Shown: positions 19,171 through 28,254 of the stretch, piece after piece
How positions within the stretch are numbered: the stretch's first letter is position 1
Layout: each line of letters begins with the position of its first letter
Assembly (NCBI GenBank): GCA_031397915.1
Contig: JANNMM010000069.1
Span: forward strand, 1 to 57,887
Source: Rhodoferax sp.
GTDB lineage: Bacteria > Pseudomonadota > Gammaproteobacteria > Burkholderiales > Burkholderiaceae_C
Length of the DNA stretch: 57,887 nucleotides
Direction: 5' to 3'
Notes under the pieces: generated by a model
What the model was told of the DNA's origin: nothing
The model's input: the letters and a program-made list of their open reading frames with translations, nothing else
The model's database searches: none
Position numbers and translations under genes: made by a program

Positions 19171-19367
19171 TCAGGCCTTGCTTGCCGCGAAATCTGCTCT
19201 AGTGTCCGGATGCGTCAATCGTACCCAAATTGGGTTCGATTGGCCTTGTGCAGGGGTGATTTGCAGAATTTCAGGAAATATCGGCACTGAAGTCACGTGA
19301 AATAAGCACTTGTTGCTATACAAATAATAGCATTTGTTGACGTGTGCCCGCGCGTTAACATGCGCCC

Positions 19368-20903
19368 ATGACTGACCCCGACACCCTCCCGCGCGACGCC
19401 CAGAGCATCCTGGAGCTGGCAGCGCGTTCGATGTTCGAAGTCTTCGCCAACGCCAGCCAGGGCATGTTTCTGGTGGACCGTTCCGGGCGCATCGTCTGGG
19501 TGAATGAGGGGTATCAGCGTTTTTTGCCGGCACTCGGGTTCTCGTCACTCGACCAGTTCCGCGGCCACCTGGTCGAGGAGGTGATCCCGAACACGCAGAT
19601 GCGCCGCGTGCTCGAGACCGGCGAAGCGATCCTGGTCGATTTGCTCACCAACAAGGCCGGCACTTTTGTGGTCAGCCGCATTCCGCTGTTTGATGAAGCC
19701 AATGCCGTCATTGGCGCCATCGGCATCGTGTTGTTTGACCACCCCGAGACGACGCTCAAGCCGCTGATCAGCAAATTCGCCCTGTTGCAGCGCGATCTGG
19801 ACGACGCAAGGCGCGAGCTGGCGCGTGAACGCAGCAACCCCCTCTTGCCCTCGGCGCCGGGGCAACGCCGCGCCAAGTACACCTTCGCCAGCTTCATTGG
19901 CACGAGCCCGCCCGCGCTGGAGATCAAACGCCAGGCGCGCCGCGCGGCGCAGTCGAACAGCCCGGTCTTGCTGCTGGGCGAAACCGGCACCGGCAAGGAG
20001 TTGCTCGCACACGCGATCCACGCGGCCTCAAGCCGCGCCAGCGGGCCGCTGATCAGCATCAACATCGCGGCGGTGCCAGACACCTTGCTCGAGGCCGAGT
20101 TTTTCGGCGTGGCACCGGGCGCTTTCACCGGCGCCGAACGCAAGGGGCGCGACGGCAAATTCAAACTGGCCGACGGCGGCACTTTGTTTTTGGACGAAAT
20201 CGGCGACATGCCCTTGGCGCTGCAGGCCAAACTGCTGCGTGCCTTGCAGGAGGGCGAAATCGAGCCCCTGGGTTCCAACAAGGTCATCGCTTTTGATGCG
20301 CGGGTGATCGCAGCGACCTCGCGCGATCTCTCAGCCCTGGTGCGTGCCGGGCAGTTCCGCGAAGACCTGTTTTACCGCCTCAACGTGTTGCCGCTGCGGG
20401 TGCCGCCCTTGCGCGAGCGCCGGGGCGATATCGCGGCGCTGGTAGAGGTGTTGACGGAAGACATGGCGCAACACAGCGGGCCCGGCGGTGGCGGCCAGAT
20501 CGAGATCACTGCGCACGCACTGGCCCTGTTGGCGGCGCAGCCCTGGCGCGGCAACATCCGCGAGCTGCGCAATGTGCTGGAGCAGGCCGCCATGCGAAGT
20601 GATTCACACACCGTAGATGCGGCCCAATTTGAGTCGGTGTTGCGCGAGGCGGGCCTGACCGTATCGAAATCTCAAGGACAGGACGGGCTGGCCTTTGTGC
20701 CTGCCCATGGCGTATTCGCCAGCGATGGCGGCGGCCTTGCCGAGACGGCGCTGACGCGGCCGTTGGGCCAGCAAATAGCCGAGCTCGAGCAGCGCGCCAT
20801 CGCGGCTGCTATGAAAGCCACCCAGGGCAACAAGTTGGCGACCTCCCGCCTGCTCGGCATCTCGCGGGCCACTCTCTACGAACGTCTGGAAAACCCTGAT
20901 TGA
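19368..20903 (+). CDS. Sigma-54-dependent transcriptional activator (PAS sensor, AAA+, Fis-type HTH)
   Basis: 511 aa; Walker A GETGTGKE, GAFTGA loop, Walker B LFLDEIGDM, C-terminal HTH SRLLGISRATLYERL. Confidence 0.9.
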   Translation: MTDPDTLPRDAQSILELAARSMFEVFANASQGMFLVDRSGRIVWVNEGYQRFLPALGFSSLDQFRGHLVEEVIPNTQMRRVLETGEAILVDLLTNKAGTFVVSRIPLFDEANAVIGAIGIVLFDHPETTLKPLISKFALLQRDLDDARRELARERSNPLLPSAPGQRRAKYTFASFIGTSPPALEIKRQARRAAQSNSPVLLLGETGTGKELLAHAIHAASSRASGPLISINIAAVPDTLLEAEFFGVAPGAFTGAERKGRDGKFKLADGGTLFLDEIGDMPLALQAKLLRALQEGEIEPLGSNKVIAFDARVIAATSRDLSALVRAGQFREDLFYRLNVLPLRVPPLRERRGDIAALVEVLTEDMAQHSGPGGGGQIEITAHALALLAAQPWRGNIRELRNVLEQAAMRSDSHTVDAAQFESVLREAGLTVSKSQGQDGLAFVPAHGVFASDGGGLAETALTRPLGQQIAELEQRAIAAAMKATQGNKLATSRLLGISRATLYERLENPD

Positions 20904-20912
20904 GAAACAAGC

Positions 20913-20935
20913 AATTGTATTAATTTTATACAATT
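20913..20935. promoter_or_regulatory. Inverted repeat AATTGTAT-N7-ATACAATT (candidate upstream activator site)
   Basis: Perfect 8-bp arms, ~85 bp upstream of the sigma-54 promoter at 21018. Confidence 0.45.
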
Positions 20936-21017
20936 CATTTGTATGAAATAAAGACGAAAGGGTTGCCCCTCTTCCGTCAAACTCCATTGAATCATAGAGT
21001 TACAGCAGGCTTGGCTT

Positions 21018-21033
21018 TGGCACGATGTGTGCA
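21018..21033 (+). promoter_or_regulatory. Sigma-54 (-24/-12) promoter of the ABC operon
   Basis: TGGCACGATGTGTGCA matches TGGCACG-N4-TTGCW, with GG and GC at the canonical spacing; ~65 bp upstream of ATG 21097; next to a sigma-54 activator gene. Confidence 0.7.
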
Positions 21034-21096
21034 TTGTTCAGTCAGACCCGCCAATTTGCGTGGGACCGTTTCCCGTTTTTTCTTCAGGAGTTCCGC

Positions 21097-22302
21097 ATGT
21101 TCGCAAGAAACTTTTTCGCTTTGACCGCAGTGGCTGTGATGGCCAGCGCGGTGGGCCTGGCCGGCGTCGCGCAGGCGCAGTCCAAAGACATCAAGATTGC
21201 CGTCATTGCCAGCAAGACGGGGCCGCTGGAGGCCTATGCCAAGCAGACCATCGTTGGCTTCCATATGGGGCTGAACTATGCCACGGACGGCACCATGATG
21301 GTGGCGGGCAAGAAGCTTGTGGTGATCGAGAAGGACGACCAGGGCAAGCCTGATGTGGGCAAGGCGGCGCTGGCCGCGGCCTATGCCGACGAAAAGGTGG
21401 ACATCGCCGTGGGTCCAACGGCCTCGCCCGTGGCGCTGGCCATGCTGCCGGTGGCCGAGGAATACAAGAAGATCCTGCTGGTCGAGCCTGCCGTGGCTGA
21501 CAGCATCACCGGCGACAAGTGGAACAAATACATTTTCCGCACCGGCCGCAATTCCAGCCAGGATGCCGCCGCCAACGCCGTGGCGCTGGACCAGCCGGGC
21601 AGTGTGGTCGCCACTTTGGCCAACGACAACGCCTTTGGCCGCGATGGTGTGAAGGCCGCCAAATCTTTCATGAAGAACGCCAAGATCATTCATGAAGAGT
21701 ACCTGCCCGTGGGTACCACCGACTTTACGGCCGGCCTGCAGCGCATCATCGACAAGCTCAAGGACCAGCCGGGCAACAAATACATCTCGGTGGGCTGGTC
21801 GGGCAGTCCGACGCCGTTTCCGAAGATCGCTGATCTGGACCTTGAAAAGCGCTACGGCATCAAGCTCGCCACGGGCGGCAACATCCTGCCCGCAATGGTG
21901 GCCTACAAGAGCTTCCCGGGCATGGAAGGCGCGGTGTACTACTACTTCGTCATTCCGAAAAACCCCGTCAACGACGCCATGGTGTCGCGCCATTACAGCC
22001 AGTTCAAGGCGCCGCCGGACTTCTTCACCGCCGGCGGCTTCTCCGCCGCCATGGCCGTGGTCACCGCGCTGAAGAAGACCAACGGCGACACCAACACCAA
22101 CAAGCTGATCGCCACCATGGAGGGCATGAGCTTTGACACCCCCAAGGGCAAGATGACCTTCCGCAAGGAAGACCACCAGGCGATGCAGAGCATGTACCAT
22201 TTCAAGATCAAAGTGGACCCGGCATTTGCCTGGGGCGTTCCCGAATTGGTCCGCGAGATCAAGCCCGAACAGATGAACATCCCGATCCTCAACAAGCGCT
22301 AA
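21097..22302 (+). CDS. ABC transporter substrate-binding protein (LivK/branched-chain amino acid type fold)
   Basis: ATG 21097 with AGGAG at 21086-21090; signal peptide MFARNFFALTAVAVMASAVGLAGVAQA. Confidence 0.88.
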   Translation: MFARNFFALTAVAVMASAVGLAGVAQAQSKDIKIAVIASKTGPLEAYAKQTIVGFHMGLNYATDGTMMVAGKKLVVIEKDDQGKPDVGKAALAAAYADEKVDIAVGPTASPVALAMLPVAEEYKKILLVEPAVADSITGDKWNKYIFRTGRNSSQDAAANAVALDQPGSVVATLANDNAFGRDGVKAAKSFMKNAKIIHEEYLPVGTTDFTAGLQRIIDKLKDQPGNKYISVGWSGSPTPFPKIADLDLEKRYGIKLATGGNILPAMVAYKSFPGMEGAVYYYFVIPKNPVNDAMVSRHYSQFKAPPDFFTAGGFSAAMAVVTALKKTNGDTNTNKLIATMEGMSFDTPKGKMTFRKEDHQAMQSMYHFKIKVDPAFAWGVPELVREIKPEQMNIPILNKR

Positions 22303-22452
22303 AACAGCGTGCCCGGCTACTGCGCGCGCCAATAGCGGCGGTGCGCAGGGCAGGGTGAGGGGGCCAGTACGTTCCGTTTCCTGCGCGCTGTGCGCCTTGC
22401 TTTCGACCCGCTCGCTACGCCGCTCCCGATGTTTTTGGGGGACACAGAAGAC

Positions 22453-23235
22453 ATGCTTCAAACCAACGAACTGACCATCCGCTTTGGCGGCCATGTGGCG
22501 GTGAATGCCGTGACCTGCTCGTTCGAGCCAGGCACGCTCACGGCCATCGTCGGCCCCAATGGCGCCGGCAAAACGACCTATTTCAATTTGATCTCGGGTC
22601 AACTCAAGGCCAGCAGCGGCACGGTCACGCTCAGTGGCCGCGATCTCTCGGGCATGAGCACATCGGCGCGTACACATGCCGGCCTGGGCCGGGCTTTTCA
22701 ATTGACCAACCTGTTTCCCAACCTCACCGTGCTGGAAAACGTGCGTCTGGCCGTTCAGGCCACTCGCCACGGCCCCCACCGGCGCGGCTTGAACCTGTGG
22801 AGCATCTGGAGTGACCACAAGGCGCTGGTACACCGGGCCGAAGAAATTCTCGAGGCTGTGGCCATGCAGAGCAAGGCGCAGATGGCGGTGGCCAGTCTGC
22901 CGCATGGCGACCAGCGCAAGCTGGAAGTCGCTTTGCTGATGGCGCTGGAGTCCAGGGTTTTCATGTTCGACGAACCGACTGCCGGCATGAGCACCGACGA
23001 GGCGCCAGTGATTCTCAACCTGATACGCCAGCTCAAGCAGGACAAGAGCAAAACCATTTTGCTGGTGGAGCACAAGATGGACGTGGTGCGTGAACTCGCC
23101 GACCGCATCATCGTGCTGCACAACGGATCGCTGGTCGCTGATGGCGAGCCTGCAGCGGTGATTGCATCTCCGGTGGTCCAGGAGGCATACCTGGGGGTCA
23201 CGCCCGAACCGACCAAGGAAGGGGCGCGGCTGTGA
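22453..23235 (+). CDS. ABC transporter ATP-binding protein (LivG-like)
   Basis: Walker A GPNGAGKTT, Walker B FMFDEPTAGM; internal ATG 22453 chosen (MLQTNELTIRFGG). Confidence 0.88.
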   Translation: MLQTNELTIRFGGHVAVNAVTCSFEPGTLTAIVGPNGAGKTTYFNLISGQLKASSGTVTLSGRDLSGMSTSARTHAGLGRAFQLTNLFPNLTVLENVRLAVQATRHGPHRRGLNLWSIWSDHKALVHRAEEILEAVAMQSKAQMAVASLPHGDQRKLEVALLMALESRVFMFDEPTAGMSTDEAPVILNLIRQLKQDKSKTILLVEHKMDVVRELADRIIVLHNGSLVADGEPAAVIASPVVQEAYLGVTPEPTKEGARL

Positions 23236-23951
23236 ACCTTCTCACCCTATCTGGCGTGCATACCCACATTGGGGCGTACCACATCCTGCATGGCGTTGAT
23301 TTGTCCGTGCCCAAGGGGCAGCTCACCATGCTGCTGGGCCGCAACGGCGCCGGCAAAACCACGACGCTGCGAACCATCTTGGGGCTGTGGCACGCGTCGC
23401 AGGGCACCGTGAGCTTCGCCGGGCAGGACATCACCGCCGCGCAAACCCCTGACATCGCCAATCGCGGCATCGCCTACGTGCCTGAAAGCATGGGTATTTT
23501 CTCCGACCTGACGGTGAAAGAAAACATGCTGCTGGCCGCGCGCGGCGCCAAGCGCGCCAGCCAGATGGACGAGGGCCGGCTGAAGTGGATCTTCTCGCTG
23601 TTTCCGGCGGTTGAAAAATTCTGGAACCACCCCGCCGGCAAGTTGTCGGGTGGGCAAAAACAGATGCTGGCAGTGGCGCGCGCCATTGTGGAGCCGCGTG
23701 AACTGCTGATCGTCGACGAGCCCAGCAAGGGCCTGGCGCCCGCCATCATCAACAACATGATCGACGCGTTTGCGCAGCTCAAGGCCAGCGGCGTGACGAT
23801 TTTGCTGGTGGAGCAGAACATCAGCTTCGCCAAACGCCTGGGCGACACAGTCGCCGTGATGGACAACGGTGTGGTTGTTCACGCCGGGTCCATGGCCGAA
23901 CTGGCCCAAGACGCTGCGTTGCAGCAATCGCTTCTGGGACTTGCGCTATGA
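23232..23951 (+). CDS. ABC transporter ATP-binding protein (LivF-like)
   Basis: GRNGAGKTT, LSGGQKQML, LLIVDEPSKGLAP; GTG start overlaps the upstream stop by 4 nt. Confidence 0.88.
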   Translation: MNLLTLSGVHTHIGAYHILHGVDLSVPKGQLTMLLGRNGAGKTTTLRTILGLWHASQGTVSFAGQDITAAQTPDIANRGIAYVPESMGIFSDLTVKENMLLAARGAKRASQMDEGRLKWIFSLFPAVEKFWNHPAGKLSGGQKQMLAVARAIVEPRELLIVDEPSKGLAPAIINNMIDAFAQLKASGVTILLVEQNISFAKRLGDTVAVMDNGVVVHAGSMAELAQDAALQQSLLGLAL

Positions 23952-24931
23952 AAACTCCTGATTTCGACTGGAAGCCGCTGGTGCTGGTGCCACTGCTGGC
24001 GGTGGGGATTTTCCCCTTCATAGGCTCCGGCTCCACCTGGCTCACCTTGACGGCGGCCGGTCTGGCCATGGGCATGATTATTTTCATCATCGCCTCGGGC
24101 CTGACGCTGGTATTTGGCCTGATGGACGTGCTCAATTTCGGTCACGGTGTGTTCATCGCACTGGGCGCTTTTGTGGCCACCAGCGTGCTGGGCGCCATGG
24201 GCGACTTCACGCAAAGCGGCGCCATATGGCGCAACATGCTGGCCGTGCTGCCCGCGATGGTGGTGGCCATGGCCGTGGCGGGCGCCGTCGGCCTGGTGTT
24301 TGAACGTTTCATCGTGCGACCGGTCTACGGCCAGCACCTCAAGCAGATCCTCATCACCATGGGCGGCATGATCATCGGTGAAGAACTGATCAAGGTGGTC
24401 TGGGGGCCGGCGCAGATTGCACTGCCAATGCCCGAAGGCATGCGCGGCTCGCTGCTGCTCGGTGAGGCGGCGATTGAAAAATACCGCCTCATCGCCATGA
24501 CCGTGGGCCTGGTGGTGTTCGGCATCCTGGCCTGGATGTTGGCGCGCACCAAGGTCGGCCTGCTGATCCGCGCCGGCGTGCAGGACCGCGAGATGGTCGA
24601 GTCGCTGGGCTACCGCATCAAGCGCCTGTTTGTCGGCGTGTTTGTGGTCGGCAGCGCGCTGGCTGGCCTGGGCGGCGTGATGTGGGGTCTGTACCAGCAG
24701 AGCGTGACCCCGCAGATGGGCGCACAGGTCAACGTGCTGATCTTCATCGTCATCATCATCGGTGGCCTGGGTTCGACCGGCGGCGCGCTGATCGGCGCCT
24801 TGCTGGTCGGGCTGATGGCCAACTACACCGGATTCCTGGCGCCCAAGGTGGCGCTGTTTTCCAACATCGCGCTGATGGCTGCGGTGCTGCTGTGGCGGCC
24901 CCAGGGCCTCTTCCCCGTGACCAGCCGCTGA
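23948..24931 (+). CDS. Branched-chain-type ABC permease (LivH-like)
   Basis: 327-aa polytopic membrane protein; ATGA overlap with the upstream gene. Confidence 0.85.
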   Translation: MKTPDFDWKPLVLVPLLAVGIFPFIGSGSTWLTLTAAGLAMGMIIFIIASGLTLVFGLMDVLNFGHGVFIALGAFVATSVLGAMGDFTQSGAIWRNMLAVLPAMVVAMAVAGAVGLVFERFIVRPVYGQHLKQILITMGGMIIGEELIKVVWGPAQIALPMPEGMRGSLLLGEAAIEKYRLIAMTVGLVVFGILAWMLARTKVGLLIRAGVQDREMVESLGYRIKRLFVGVFVVGSALAGLGGVMWGLYQQSVTPQMGAQVNVLIFIVIIIGGLGSTGGALIGALLVGLMANYTGFLAPKVALFSNIALMAAVLLWRPQGLFPVTSR

Positions 24932-25040
24932 GGATGAATATGGCCCCCACGCTTTTCACTTTGTGTAACACGCTGCCCCCCGGGGGGGCTGGCCTTGCTT
25001 GGGGCGGCCCGGCGCTGCGGCCGTCTTTCTGGATCTCATC

Positions 25041-26129
25041 ATGCTGAAAAGACTTCTCTCCAATGACTTCCCGCGCAACCGCGTGCTGGCCGTGATCCTG
25101 GTTGGCCTGCTGCTGGCACTGGCTTTTACACCCTTCATTTTTCCCGGCGTCAAGGCGCTCAACGTTGCCGCCAAGGTGCTGATTTTCATCGTGTTGGTGG
25201 CCAGCTTCGACCTGCTGCTGGGCTACACCGGCATTGTCAGTTTTGCGCACACCATGTTTTTTGGCATCGGCGCCTATGGCATCGCGATTGCCACCACCCA
25301 CATGGGTCCGAGCTGGGCGGCGCTGGCCGTGGGCCTGCTTTGCGCGCTGGCGCTGTCGTTTGTGTTGTCGCTCGCGGTCGGGCTGTTCTCGCTGCGGGTC
25401 AAGGCGATCTTTTTTGCCATGATCACGCTGGCCGTGGCCTCGGCCTTCCTGACCCTGGCCTCGCAGCTGTCCGACATAACCGGCGGTGAAGACGGGCTCT
25501 CCTTCAAAGTGCCCGAGCTGCTGTCACCGAGCTTCGAATTCATGGAGCAGCCTTTCCTGGGCGTGTCCATGGACGGTCGCCTGCTTTGCTACTACCTGCT
25601 GTTTGTGGTTGCGCTGGCGCTGCTGCTGAGTCTGCTGCGCATCGTCAACTCACCCTTCGGCCGCGTGCTGCAGGCGATTCGCGAGAACGAGTTCCGCGCT
25701 GAAGCCATTGGCTACCGTGTGGTGGTGTACCGCACCACCTCCAGCGTGTTGTCGGCCCTGTTTGCCACCGTGGCTGGCGCCATGCTTGCGCTCTGGCTGC
25801 GTTACAACGGGCCGGACACGTCGCTTTCGTTTGAAATCATGATCGACGTGCTGCTGATCGTCGTGATTGGCGGCATGGGCACGATTTACGGCTCGGCCAT
25901 TGGCGCCGCCCTTTTCCTGGTGGCCCAGGGTTACCTGCAGGATCTGCTGCGCCTGGGCAGCGAGGCGGCTGCGGGTCTACCCTGGCTGCCGGCCCTGTTG
26001 TCACCCGACCGCTGGCTCCTGTGGCTGGGCCTGCTGTTTGTGTTGTCGGTGTATTACTTCCCGACCGGTGTAGTGGGGCGCCTTCGCGCCAGCGCCATCG
26101 CCGCTGCGGGCAAAGCCTCCAAACCATGA
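25041..26129 (+). CDS. Branched-chain-type ABC permease (LivM-like)
   Basis: Polytopic membrane protein; ATG 25041 preferred over TTG 24999. Confidence 0.82.
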   Translation: MLKRLLSNDFPRNRVLAVILVGLLLALAFTPFIFPGVKALNVAAKVLIFIVLVASFDLLLGYTGIVSFAHTMFFGIGAYGIAIATTHMGPSWAALAVGLLCALALSFVLSLAVGLFSLRVKAIFFAMITLAVASAFLTLASQLSDITGGEDGLSFKVPELLSPSFEFMEQPFLGVSMDGRLLCYYLLFVVALALLLSLLRIVNSPFGRVLQAIRENEFRAEAIGYRVVVYRTTSSVLSALFATVAGAMLALWLRYNGPDTSLSFEIMIDVLLIVVIGGMGTIYGSAIGAALFLVAQGYLQDLLRLGSEAAAGLPWLPALLSPDRWLLWLGLLFVLSVYYFPTGVVGRLRASAIAAAGKASKP

Positions 26130-27010
26130 GCTTCACGTCGCAATACGTTACCTGCGCGGGGCGTGAAATCCACTGCACGGAGTGGGGCGCTGAGCACGGG
26201 GCCAGGCGCGGAACCGTGGTCGCCTGGCACGGCTTGGCGCGCACCGGGCGAGACATGGACACGCTGGCCGCCCATTTGAGCCAGCTCGGTTACCGCGTGG
26301 TTTGCCCGGACACCATTGGCCGCGGCCTGAGCCAGTGGAGCCCCGAGCCAGCGCGTGAATATTGCCTGGAGTTTTATGCGCGAATCGCAGCGGACCTGTT
26401 TACCCAACTGAACATTGGCCCCGCGCATTGGGTTGGCACGTCGATGGGCGGCGCCCTGGGCCTGGTCTGCGCTTCGGGCCTGTTCCAGCCTGCGTTGAAG
26501 GGCCGCATCCTGAGCCTGACCTTGAACGACACAGCGCCGCAGGTGGCTGATGCCGCCATTGCCCGCATCCGCGCCTACGCCGGCAGCCCGCCTGCCTTTG
26601 CCACGGTGCGCGAGCTCGAAGCCTTTTTCCGCCAGGTGTACAAGCCGTATGGGTTCCTCACGGATGCGCAGTGGCGCAGTCTCACGGAGACGTCCACGCG
26701 GCGCCTGCCCGACGGTCGCGTCACGCCGCATTACGACCCGGCGATGGTGCAGCAGTTTGTGCATTTCCCCAATGACTACCTGATCTGGGACCACTACGAC
26801 ACGCTGAACATTCCCCTGCTGTGCCTGCGCGGTGAAGCGTCCGATCTCGTGCTGCGCGAGACCACGGCGCAGATGATGCTGCGGGGCCCGGGCTTGAAGG
26901 GGTTGGCGCAAGTGGTGGAAATAGAAGGCTGTGGCCATGCGCCGGCGCTCAATGTGCCGAGCCATCTGGCGCTGGTTCAAAATTTCATTGCCGGTTCCAC
27001 GAAAAAATGA
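26126..27010 (+). CDS. Alpha/beta-fold hydrolase
   Basis: Nucleophile elbow GTSMGG, C-terminal GCGHAP; ATG overlaps the permease stop (ATGA 26126-26129). Confidence 0.82.
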   Translation: MSFTSQYVTCAGREIHCTEWGAEHGARRGTVVAWHGLARTGRDMDTLAAHLSQLGYRVVCPDTIGRGLSQWSPEPAREYCLEFYARIAADLFTQLNIGPAHWVGTSMGGALGLVCASGLFQPALKGRILSLTLNDTAPQVADAAIARIRAYAGSPPAFATVRELEAFFRQVYKPYGFLTDAQWRSLTETSTRRLPDGRVTPHYDPAMVQQFVHFPNDYLIWDHYDTLNIPLLCLRGEASDLVLRETTAQMMLRGPGLKGLAQVVEIEGCGHAPALNVPSHLALVQNFIAGSTKK

Positions 27011-27105
27011 ATGCTATTAATAGCATAGCAAACTATACTCATTAGCTGTAACTTGAGTGCCTGTTTTTCTTCAAAAAATTGATTTTTCAGGAAAACCCGT
27101 CAATT

Positions 27106-27149
27106 TGTTAACACCCATGTTAACACCAATGTTAACACCCATGTTAACA
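27106..27149. repeat. Tandem array: 4 copies of the 8-bp palindrome TGTTAACA at a 12-bp period
   Basis: TGTTAACA at 27106, 27118, 27130 and 27142, with spacers CCCA/CCAA/CCCA; lies in the convergent gap 13 bp beyond the hemH stop. Confidence 0.9.
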
Positions 27150-27161
27150 AATGCCATTCGA

Positions 27162-28217
27162 CTAGTCCCAGCCCGCCAGATTGCGCTGGGCGATGCCGCA
27201 CAGGGCGCTGATCCAGGCGTCTGAATCGTTCAGGCCGGGAATGTGGTGGAACTCGCCGCCGCCGGCCTTGATGAAGGCCTCGCGGCCCTCCATGTTGATT
27301 TCTTCCAGCGTCTCCAGGCCATCGCAGTTGAAGCCGGGGCAGACCACATCGACGCGCCGCACACCGGCTTTGCCCATGGCAATCAAACTCGGCTCGGTGT
27401 AGGGCTGCAGCCATTTGGCGCGGCCCAGACGCGACTGGAAGGTGAGCTTCCACTGGTCGTTTTGCAGACCGAGCGCATCGGCCAGCAGCCGCGCTGTCTG
27501 CTCGCACTGGCTCGCGTAGGGGTCGCCCAGTTGCACGGTGCGTTCGGGCACGCCATGAAAACTCATCACCAGTTGGTCGGGCTGGCCGTTCGCCATCCAG
27601 TACTTGCGCACGCTGGCGGCCAGAGCCTTGATGTAGAGCGCGTCGTCGTGGTAACTGTTGACAAAGCGCAGCTCGGGAATGCGCCGCGCCTGCGCGCCCC
27701 AGGCGTATACCGCGTCAAACAGGCTGGCGGTGGTGGTGGTCGAGTACTGCGGGTAAGCCGGCAGAATCAAGATCTTCTCAACACCCTGTTGCTTCAACGC
27801 GTCGATTTGCGATGCGATGGAAGTGCTGCCATACCGCATGGCATGGCGCACCTTCACCATCTGGCCGCGTTGGGCGAGGAACCCCTGCATCATGAGCGCC
27901 TGCTTCTCGGTCCAGTATTTGAGGGGCGAACCCTCCGCGCGCCAAATGCTCGCGTATTTGGCCGCCGACTTGGCCGGGCGCACCCGCAGGATGATGCCGT
28001 TGAGGATCAACCACCAAATGGGCTTGGGAATTTCCACCACGCGCTGGTCGCTCAGGAATTCGCCCAAAAACCGCCGTACGGCAGCGGTGGTGGGCGCATC
28101 GGGCGTGCCGAGGTTGCAATAAAGAATGGCGATTTTTTGCACCTGGCCGGGCGCCCGGCCGATGGCCGGGTCCAGCGCGGGCTCTATTGAGAAGGGCGAC
28201 AGTTTGAAGATGGGCAT
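27162..28217 (-). CDS. hemH: Ferrochelatase
   Basis: 351 aa; ILYCNLGTPDAPTTAAVRRFLGEFLSDQRVVEIP and colinear ferrochelatase features. Confidence 0.9.
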   Translation of the reverse strand: MPIFKLSPFSIEPALDPAIGRAPGQVQKIAILYCNLGTPDAPTTAAVRRFLGEFLSDQRVVEIPKPIWWLILNGIILRVRPAKSAAKYASIWRAEGSPLKYWTEKQALMMQGFLAQRGQMVKVRHAMRYGSTSIASQIDALKQQGVEKILILPAYPQYSTTTTASLFDAVYAWGAQARRIPELRFVNSYHDDALYIKALAASVRKYWMANGQPDQLVMSFHGVPERTVQLGDPYASQCEQTARLLADALGLQNDQWKLTFQSRLGRAKWLQPYTEPSLIAMGKAGVRRVDVVCPGFNCDGLETLEEINMEGREAFIKAGGGEFHHIPGLNDSDAWISALCGIAQRNLAGWD

Positions 28218-28254
28218 GCGTTATTCTCCCGTAAGTACCCCACCACCCGCTTTC

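Noticed and set aside
20992-23121. 709-aa minus-strand ORF, plus many other long ORFs antisense to annotated genes (e.g. 1927-2823, 3431-4624, 15592-16647, 26054-26980, 27243-28190, 29361-30345, 40799-41938, 42155-43327, 46829-47857)
   Set aside because: These are shadow ORFs typical of GC-rich DNA. Their translations are dominated by R/G/A/H/P with no motifs, and each lies opposite a gene with clear family signatures.
27106-27149. Possible CRISPR array
   Set aside because: The period is only 12 bp with 4-bp spacers. There are no unique spacers of 25-40 bp and no cas genes.
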